DNA of 31,518 nucleotides from Anthoceros angustus (lineage: Eukaryota > Plantae > Anthocerotophyta). Location of the stretch: positions 1-31,518 of the forward strand of contig VJWM01000370.1 of NCBI GenBank assembly GCA_010909165.1. The letters run 5' to 3'. The notes under the pieces were generated by a model that saw nothing but the letters and a program-made list of their open reading frames with translations, did not search any database and was not told the DNA's origin. Of this stretch, positions 22,981 through 31,518 are shown piece by piece (within the stretch, counting starts at the first letter, position 1; every line of letters starts with the position of its first letter). Made by a program: the position numbers and the translations under genes.

Positions 22981-23549
22981 AAGTATTAGGCCATGTTCAA
23001 TGCTCACAAGCATGGCACCAGCTTCCATTTCTAGCTTCTGAACGTCACTGTCCCCAGTGAACTCCCTGGCATTGACTTCAAGCCACTTACGCACGCGCAC
23101 TCTCCTTCGAGCTACCAAACATGCCAAGAACCTCTCAAATGCTAAGAACCATGCGTCCACATCGAAGTCATCACGATCAACCTGGTTTCTAAATGCATCT
23201 CAAGCGGTGGAAGAACACCTGTGAAATCTTCCGAGGTTGAGACAAGCTTGAGCCTTGTATCCTCCAAAGTGAACACAAGTCTTGTGCCAGAGAAGTCCAT
23301 CTCTACAGAGACGTCTTCAATCTCTTCCATCGTGTCCAGATTTGTCAACACACCATTGTTTGCACAGCCCACATTAACAGCCTGCTTTAGATGCTTGCAG
23401 AATGCCCAAACGCAGCGCTTCCGCTTTGAGTCTATAGGGCCCCAGTCTTTGGTTGATACCTGTGCTATGAAGAGCTTCAAGTCTCTGAGAAAGTTGGCTC
23501 CATCCTTATAGCTTGGCTTCAACCTTCTCAAAACATCTGCAACATCACC

Positions 23550-24240
23550 AATGCTACCAAAAAAGGACGGCAGCAAAAGATCTTCCATCGGCAGGATTAC
23601 CAGTCCACTGCCGTACAGTTTGGACAAAAATGAACTGCCATTCCGCTTACAGCAATCGTCGATTTTGTCCTGGAAGTCATCACAGATGTCATCAGCATTA
23701 TTACCAGCGACATCCTTCAGCACTATGCAGAGCATTCCCTTGAAAAGCTGCTGGTCATCCTGAACCAAAGCCACTGCGTTCTGTAGCCTATGCAGGATCC
23801 GCTCCATCTCTTTATCGAAGCTGCGATCCTGCATTCCACAATGATGTTTAGATAAGGGGGAAATGCCAGCCAGACTTACACATGCACACTTCCCAATTTT
23901 TGGTTGATAATGGAAACAAGCACAAATGGACACCGTCATGACCAACTAAAGAACATTCAAAATTCAAAGACATGCCTTTTTATTGTAGATGGTGATGCTG
24001 CTAACAGCAGCACTCAGTAGTGACAGCAGAGTATCCTCCTGCGCAGTCCGTTCAGGGCTTTCAAGACCCTCAAAGTCCAATAAAATGTATAGGCACCCAT
24101 CGTCTCCTTGCCGAGAAGACAGCCAGATACCATCAGTACAACGAACAGCGGCCACATCAAAGAGCGAACCGAATAGATGGTTGAGTAGGTAGGACTTGCC
24201 GCTGCTCTGCTTCCCCATTGATGAAACTACCTTGACCCCA
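23550..24240 (-). other. P-loop GTPase domain (dynamin-superfamily GB1/RHD3/VLIG type)
   Basis: G1 GKQSSGKS (24215-24192), G2 RCTDGIW, G3 LLDFEG (~24077), G4-like IVLKDV (~23717), after VKVVSSM. Confidence 0.9.
23829..23975 (-). other. Predicted GC-AG intron (147 nt) inside the GTPase domain
   Basis: Donor AAG|GCATGT and acceptor TGCAG|GAT. Removal joins TIYNKK to DRSFDKEMER in frame and removes a stop. The interval is T-rich. Confidence 0.7.
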
Positions 24241-26253
24241 CCCTCCAGTTTCCGATTAAATCATCGACAAAAGCCAAACCTCATGGTCTTGACTAAAGCC
24301 AACACATTAGCACTCTCAGATTCCACGGAGACTTGTCTGAGCCCATCAGAGCATGAAGTCAACCCGCTGCGCTCAGCTCGAGCAATCTGAATGGGCACCA
24401 GACACACGAGATCCTGGATCCACTTACTCATACTAACGGCACAAGATTCATGTGTGTCCACTCCAGAGAGCAGAAACTGATCCACATCGCATGATGAGTA
24501 GGAAATAGTCCAGTCAGAAAAGTTCTACCCCTGGAGTTTTCCAGGTTTCCTATGAGTTGCTCAATATGCTCAATGGCCCTGTCTATGCCTTCAGCCAATC
24601 CCATATGCAGAACAGTAAACTTCACAAGCTTCTTACGATGAACAAGGGGGCTTGTTACTGCATATTTCTCAAAAGTGAGCGGCACATAAGCCAAGGGTGA
24701 GTATCTCCTCCCTCTCTCGTTGTCTCTTATCACCCCGGTGTCTTGCCTTCTCAGCCCGGATGTCTGTGGGACTGTTACAACAGCAGAAAAGACAGTTCCT
24801 GGATCACTGCTATCATGAAGAATCAGCTGCAGCTGTGACCCAAACAAAACTGTTCGCGCAAACACCTTCTAGCCTGTCTACCTTCATATCAGCCAGGACA
24901 ATGGACTTGATTGCAGACACTGTGTCAGCACCCAACAGATACACATGCACAACAATGCTGCTATTTCCATGTTCTGTCGTCTGGTCAGCAAGCACCAACA
25001 GGCATGACCCATCAGGTGTAAGACAGGTGGCATCAGGGTAGATTGGAAAGGCAGTTTAATGTGTTTACCATCCTTGCACTTGCCATCTTCCAGTACCCAA
25101 AGGTTATGTTCAGCATCAGCCACAACAATTTCATGGCCACTTGCAAGCTTTCTAGGAACAAACTCCATAAATCTTACATTAAGTGGCCTTGACCAAATAT
25201 TTTTACCCATAGCCTTGCCTACATCAATTTCTCTAGGGCTCATCTGCAGTCGACGGAATTGCTCATCAAAATAAGCCACCCGGATGATTCCATCAGCTTG
25301 GTCATAACAGGCCACAAACCGTTTCCCTTCACTGAAGCAAAGAAGATCACAACCTTTTCTTAAGATCATAAGGCACTTTGGTTCAGTGGCGAAGTGGCTG
25401 CCCAGATCTTTGTACATCCGAATTTCGACATACTTCCTGCTCTCCTTGTAACAAATGACGAAAGCCAACACCTGTTGATTTTCAAGGAGGAATGCCTTCG
25501 ACAATACTTCCACTTCCTTATCCAGCTCCATACAGGGTTGCTGATATGAGTAGAGCCGTGGAACAACCACATGATCAGCTTTACTTGACAGCTTTTCCAA
25601 AGATACCTTCCTTGGTCTCAGTTCCAAACTGCGCCAGGAAATGGTATCTGGATTCATCACAGGGTAGTTGTACTTAATACTGACTAGCCGCTGACTATCC
25701 CATGGCCTATCAAAGAGCCCAAAAATATCCTGCTGCGTCTCGTGACTTTGGAGAAAGCATCTCTGAGTTGCAAAGTTTGTCTCGAGCTGCCGCCAGAGAC
25801 ATTCTTACATGATGTGCCTTTGAGTTTGTCAAGTAGTTCTGTTTCCTTCAGCTTGCAAGACTGCTCAAATAGTTCGGTGGCCTGATTCATCTCAAACTCA
25901 ACATTGCCTCGTAAGGCATGTCCAATTTCTTTGTGAATTAAGTCCTGAATTCGTCCCAAGAAACCTTCTCGGCAGCCTTATATCTCTGAAAGAAAACCGC
26001 CACAACTGCTGGCTTGATCACTTTCACCCTCTGCAAGCTGGTTGGTGAACCGAAAAATCCATTGAACACATTGTTCACGAACACAGCAGGATCTTCAATA
26101 TTGCACCCAAAGCTGCCTGGAGAATCTAGCATAATACTTGCAAATTCTGCCTTCTTCTGTAGCTTAAGGAGTGATATATCCAGACATGGCTGCAGCCACA
26201 ACTTCATGCGAGATATGTGGAGGTTGCATTCTCGTCTATAGTGAAGCGACGAC

Positions 26254-26469
26254 CTGGGAACTGATTAATACCCACTGGGAGCCCTGCGTGGACAAGCCCT
26301 CCTCTGATATTCTTGTCAGTCGGGAAAAATCTAACTGAATACACCTGCCACAGGCCGATGCGTTTTCAGTTAACATGCCATCGTGTAAAGGACATCCATC
26401 ACGTACAATCTCTCTTGCTCACTAGCCTACTTTCCAAGGGCTGCATGCTATGATCCCTGAGTTTCCTAC
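26254..26469 (-). other. Predicted GT-AG intron (~216 nt)
   Basis: Donor AG|GTAGGA and acceptor TTCCCAG|G join ORF 26466-26843 in frame to ORF 25938-26207. Alternative nearby splice sites exist (donor at 26510, acceptor ~26236). Confidence 0.5.
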
Positions 26470-28779
26470 CTTGTTCCACTGAATGAGCAAGGTTGCAAGC
26501 TGGAGGATACCTGATTGGAGCCACCCTGTGAAGTAATTGGACGGAGAGTAACCCTCTCGGTGTACTGCACAGGCCCTAATCCTTTATTAGCACCTTCGAG
26601 GACGAACAGAGTCGACACTTCTGGGTCAGATTGGAAAGCAGCATGTGACTCAAGATCGAGCCCCTTTCTGCGTAGGCACAGTATCTCATTTCTATCCTTG
26701 CAGACCAGGGATATACGTGACCCAAAGAAAAGCAGCTTGTTTGGACCACTACCACTAACGCTGGTCCCCGTGTTAAAATATTTACAAACTTCACCCTCCA
26801 GAATTTCAAACACTTCGTCTTCTGAAGTAGGATGGACTGCCACAGCCTGCTGACAGGCTCATGATTTCTGAAGAGGTTTTCCTCCCACGGACACATGAGC
26901 AACAGGTAGTCTTCAAGACTCCTAGTAAAAATCTTAAGCAGCAGCTTGCTTCTTCCTCAGTTGTAGCTCTGAGTCTGCGGAGCTGAACTGTTGCCTCGGC
27001 CTCATGTCTTTTTGAGACTCCTCAACTGCTTCCATGCATCCATCCACTCCTCCTGGAGTCGTGGTTGCACCCAGAAACAACACAAACTCAACATCTTCCA
27101 AGCTACTGAAGTCAAGGCTGTACTTACTCATGCTAGTTCTAATAAATTCCTGAAGCTTGTCCGACGCCATATTCCTCTGCTCATCCTGCCTCCTAGAAAC
27201 TGTGTTTGAAGCGTTCACGTTGCCGATAAGCAAAGCAACTGAGTGAAGACCTCACAATAGGAAACTGGACGATGGCTCGTGCTCAAAGGATTCTCTAAAG
27301 CCCTTACGCAGACTAACATCATCCTCAGCTGGTTGGGGAAAATTCCAAGCCCGCGGACGACACCGCAGTGACCTGACACTGATGGAGAGGCCAGAAAGTG
27401 CGTCACATCAGTGTTTGCAACGCAAATATAGACAATGTTGCAGAGTTCCACCAGATAGCGGACAAAGTTGCAGCAGATGCTTTTCGCTGAAGCCTCTGCT
27501 TCGGCTTCTTCATGATGCCAATAGAACAAGTACAGCTTGCTTCCTGCGTGCAAGCATAGATGCCCGGTCCCTCCTCCATTTTGGATTCCGTTTCACTATC
27601 TATATTGATCTGAAGATAGTGGATGACTCTCTGCAACAGAGTCTTGTTTCCGAAGAAGCCTACACAGCAGAATTCAGAACCCTCAAGAAGAGAGGGATCC
27701 AGCTTGATCATCTTTGTCGATGTTGTAGATGGAATCAAGTCTTGGAAGAAGAGAAGAACCTCTTCACGACAAAGGACCACTTTCTCCACAAAACTCCAGT
27801 CCTGCTTGTCACTTTCCATGTGAAGGAGAGTACAGCCTACTGTTGTGGTGGAAAGCCACACCATTTGAGGGCGACGTCGCAATGAGCTCATGATGTCTTT
27901 CCCACTCTAAAATTGCAAGACCAAGGGGCCTACTGCTCATGAACGAAACGATGAGAGTCAGAAATACAGAGGCAAGCACATTACTCCTCAAGAATGTGTC
28001 TAATCAGTCGTGCACAGCCTCGCCCAAGAAACCCAGCCTCAAAACTCCCACCCACCGAGAGACCTGTATCACACACGCATGAATGGCATCAGACTCATTG
28101 CAGCAAGGACTTACAGGAGTTTCGCTCAGCCTGCCCAGCAGGGATCACAAGGGGAGAGAGATACCCCATGCCGCAGGCAGCAGGGATCGAGCAGACACGA
28201 CCAGCATAGACAGGCATTGGCCCTGATATTGAAGAATCCGGCTCACAGGAAGGGTCGAGGCAGGAGACGAGCTGCCATAAAGTACTGTTTACACCGTTCT
28301 GTGGAGCCTGCCGAGGTGGGGCCCCAGCGTGGATCAGATTCACAGTCACAAAGCAAGGGGCCTTTTCTGTCATGTTGTTACCTGTCTCGTCTGTGTGTCC
28401 TCCCAGGCTCGCACCTCCCCTCTCCAACAACCACTTTTGACAGAAGGAGAAATAGTGGGCTCCATCAGATGGGATTCCACTCGGAATCCTGGAGAGAGGG
28501 CTGAAAAAGCAGAGCACGTGCCAGGAGGCTCGCCCAATACCGAAAGGTCAGATCAGATTCCTGTATGTCGGTAGCAAGGCCGAACACGCCACGCAGCCTG
28601 AAAGCCTCTCGCACGCTGCATCCTCAAAACTTGCGTGCTGGTCTGGGTCTGCAGAGATTTGCGAGACCAGAACATGAGGTTTCTATGTTTCCTGCGATAA
28701 AATCACTGCTTCACGACAGCAGAATCTCTCAGGCACTTCATGCCTCACCGAAGTCCGGACATGCTACAACGAGGATGAG

Positions 28780-29170
28780 CTCAGAATTCAAGGCATCGGC
28801 AGTCGCTTTTTTTTCAGTGGACTATTCTCAATGATCACAAACATATATACAAGAGGAGGCCCCTCCATCCATCAAAAGGCTTCCCCCTCTATATAATCAT
28901 ACAAAGACTCCCTCCTCTTCCTTCGCAGAGTCCTCCACCAGGCCAACGTATGATGTGCATAGCTCTGGCCACACAATCGTTTCAAAACTACAGTTCCCAT
29001 ATAATCCCAATGCAGCGGTGGTGCAGCCCCATACGCGTGACTATACCGCTGCTGGGCATGACCTCGAAGCAATCTAGGAAAATTTCGGAGACAATCCGAG
29101 GCTGAGGCTTCCAAATTCGCATGAGACACAGGTTCAAAAGTTTGCACAAAAGCCTCAGCATCTCCACCTT
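28780..29170 (-). pseudogene. Ty3/gypsy gag (Retrotrans_gag-like capsid)
   Basis: GGDAEAFVQTFEPVSHAN..NFPRLLRGHAQQRY..LHWDYMGTVVLKRL..LRRKRRESLYDYIE..WMEGLL matches the typical gag pattern F..FE...AN..FP..L.G.A..W....W..L...FL.RF..L.Q...ES..DY..RF..F..GL. Confidence 0.75.
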
Positions 29171-30168
29171 GTTGCTTCTCCCCAAAATCTCACATACTGG
29201 TGGCTGGGGTGACTGACTCCCACCGCCTCTACTTCCTCCACTCATGGTTGAGAGCGTCCACAAAATTGTGGGCACACCTCCCAAGAAACTCCCTGCAATA
29301 CTGGCAGTAATTAGATGCTGCCTACAAGCGGGATGTACTGTACACAGACTTGGGCACACAAGCGCCTCCGTCCTCTTAACAAGCAAGGTTGAAAGGGCAG
29401 CAAGCTGGGCAATAATTCGATCAAGACCTTGCGAAAGCTCAGCCATTAGATCTCGTACCCCAACTTCTCCACTGCCAAATCTCACCCTTTTGCCTTCCTC
29501 CTCTTACGACGACCAACTCGAACTAGAAGAGCTCAACAATCCACGCCGAAAAAAAAAATCCTCCTCTTGCAGGAATGGAAGATGTACCTTGGAAATTATT
29601 AACCGCTGGCTCGGATTCTTGACCCTCACCCTTCATCAGCAACTCCTCGGCAACAACCTCCTTCCTCTCGCTGTCCATGAGCATAACCTCCTCCTGCTCT
29701 TAGACAACTACCTCTTCTTCCTCAACGGAACCCTTGAAGATGTTAGCACATGTAGCTTCCTCCGCAAGAGCTCTCTCCTCCGCTTCTTCCTTTGCACATT
29801 GTGCAGCAGCAACTATGCTTTCTTCACACACATGATCTCTCCACCAGCTCACATCCTTTGCATAAAGGGGGGCGATCTCCTCTCAACTCTTGCACGTAAA
29901 TTACTTCCTTCCTCCCCAACTAGACATGCAAGCACGCTCATGGCCCCTTCAACACACGGTTGTCCAAAAAGAAGCGGCTTCCTGCATGTACCGTCCTTAT
30001 AATGGAAACCATACAAATCTCACAACTCGGAGTGTGGCCCTCTTCTATAACGCTGCGGCTATCGGGACCTTTGAGGTTTCATCATAAACACCGCCCACCC
30101 CTATGCAAGGTTTCCTCGACACTGCAATCCGTAATGAAATCTCCCGAATCACAACCATTTCAAGCAAG

Positions 30169-30186
30169 TCCCCGCAACGGGCGCCA
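30169..30186 (-). promoter_or_regulatory. Primer binding site complementary to tRNA-Asp 3' end
   Basis: Minus strand ...CCCACA-TTTT-TGGCGCCCGTTGCGGGGA, versus the known Athila-type PBS TGGCGCCGTTGCCGGGGA (one insertion, one deletion). Confidence 0.75.
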
Positions 30187-30190
30187 AAAA

Positions 30191-30931
30191 TGTGGGAGGA
30201 AAACCCGGGGCTTTGTGGCGCGACTTTCGGCTGACGGCTACCGGCTGACAATCCCGTGGTCGTTGTAGCAAGGGGTCCCCCGAGAGAATGATAAACTCGC
30301 TTCGCTTCAACCGATTCTCACCTCAACGTAGTGACCGATTCGGTCTCAAGCGCGGCGCGTCTGCAGCTTTTACGACTAACTACTTCCTCATGCCAGACAG
30401 ACCGTGTGGCTAAACTTTAAGGAATCGTCGTCCCAGATCCTACCTCCGCCCTCATGGTCTTAGTCCGTTCTCCTCACCACTCTCACTACACTCATCATTC
30501 TTGGAAAGAGTGGGTGTGGTCCGGACCTCCTCACTGGGCCTCTTCTGTCTCTTCCGGCTGGCCTCTCCTCCGGGCTCTACACGCCTCCGGGTTCCTCCGG
30601 CTCACCAGGGGTGTAAACTCGTGTCACGAGACACGGTGAGGCCCACATTCACCCTCAATGTCGTTGTAGGCTTAGGATTCGCTCCCAAGGGAATGGTTTG
30701 TGCCAAGAGACGCTATCTTCTATCACACCGACCTTTTGCCTAAGTCGTGGCTTACCTGCTACCACTCTCACCCATCTACTCAACTACTACTACCCGCCTT
30801 GTCCAACTACCACGGATCTAACTCCCGACCGCTCTGCTCACAATGCTTAGTCCGCCACTACCGGTAGTGGAACCACCACCGAGGTGGGTCCCACACCAAA
30901 CCCTAGCGACTTATTCCACGGCGCCGTCACA
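30191..30931 (-). repeat. Putative 5' LTR (~740 bp) of the gypsy element
   Basis: The inner end CCCACA is fixed by the PBS. The outer end is taken as TGTGACGG at 30931, giving TGTG...CACA termini. No second LTR is in the window to confirm the outer boundary. Confidence 0.55.
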
Positions 30932-31518
30932 AAAACCAAAGGGTGAATCGTGCGGGCACGGTATGAGGAGCACAAAGCATGAACAATAACACCACAATCT
31001 CAAAGCAGCTTTGAAACTTGGCGACATCATCATCTCGTGCGGATACTTTTGCTGTACTTCATAAGCGTTGCAACTTAGGTGCTTAGCCATGGTCAATTAC
31101 GATGGAGATGCTTCTTCCTTGCACCTCGATACATGCCTTTCAAGTCCAAGTGCCCTGGATGACTTTCTCCGTTAACCAATAACATTTTCTCCCTACTTCC
31201 CCATCCGGAACTCCACAGAGCACCTAAACATCTTGCCACATATGTCTTTTTGTCCCGCTTGCACGCAGCTTCTGATTGCTCTTCCTATCGAGGTTTTGCT
31301 GGGGCTTTTGCGTTTAGACACCCAGCCACACTTGGTGCTTTTGCTCAAAAATTCCAACTTCTCCCATCTTGTGAATATCTCATTCACATTTGACCAAACC
31401 AGACCAGCACTTTGCAATGCGGAGTATCAATGTCTTCGTCAACCTTTTTGCTTCACACTCCGCAGCGCGCCGGTACTAGCATGCTCCACAAGCCCCAAAG
31501 AACTGTCAGATCCCACTT

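Larger units (their letters stand above)
20951..27900 (-). pseudogene. Giant (~2200 aa) GBP/RHD3/VLIG-like GTPase with Cys/His repeats and C-terminal VWA domain; frameshifted in this sequence
   Basis: Consecutive minus-strand ORFs (27403-27891 through 20951-21439) join across about 13 small frameshifts, two predicted introns and one in-frame TGA (27252-27254) into one continuous multidomain protein. Stop TAA at 20951. The 5' start is not resolved (27900-28500). Confidence 0.85.
28700..30931 (-). mobile_element. 5' portion of a Ty3/gypsy LTR retrotransposon (Athila-like PBS); pol not seen
   Basis: LTR, PBS and gag in correct order on the minus strand; the element stops before any recognisable RT or integrase. 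Confidence 0.72.

Noticed and set aside
26254-26469. Protein-like frame (ERLYVMDVLY..GLPVGINQFPGRRF) inside the predicted second intron
   Set aside because: About seven stops in ~85 codons, and usable splice sites join the flanking exons in frame. Kept as intron, with moderate confidence.
28872-29147. Initial reading as a protein-kinase fragment (VVLKRL..DYIEGE) or as extra N-terminal repeats of the giant gene
   Set aside because: The whole segment fits the gypsy gag capsid pattern better and lies downstream of a PBS and LTR.
30932-31518. Possible coding fragments on the minus strand
   Set aside because: All frames are interrupted by stops and no family motif was recognised; left unassigned.

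Overview
Eukaryotic, plant-type (streptophyte-like) genomic DNA dominated by decayed and nested transposons around one very large host-type gene. From left to right: a degenerate TE-associated ORF (1-2.7 kb, minus strand), with a diverged inverted copy at 13.0-13.5 kb; a CACTA/En-Spm remnant with a Tnp2 pseudogene (4.05-7.0 kb, minus) and a candidate terminus at 9434; CT-rich and microsatellite tracts plus a 3-copy direct repeat (9.9-12.9 kb); a Ty1/copia element (about 14.65-19.26 kb, minus) whose reverse transcriptase is broken into two pieces, each inverted in place; an intact-looking 245-aa orphan ORF; a roughly 7-kb, intron-poor, frameshifted gene (20951 to about 27900, minus) for a ~2200-aa protein with the layout N-terminal domain / GBP-RHD3-VLIG-like P-loop GTPase / Cys-His repeat array / C-terminal VWA domain; and the 5' part of a Ty3/gypsy element (LTR, tRNA-Asp-type PBS, gag) immediately upstream of it. 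The best candidates for something new are the giant GTPase-VWA protein and the three-breakpoint scrambled RT. No rRNA, tRNA or CRISPR array was seen. All calls come from manual reading and motif recall, with no database searches, and coordinates of decayed features are approximate.
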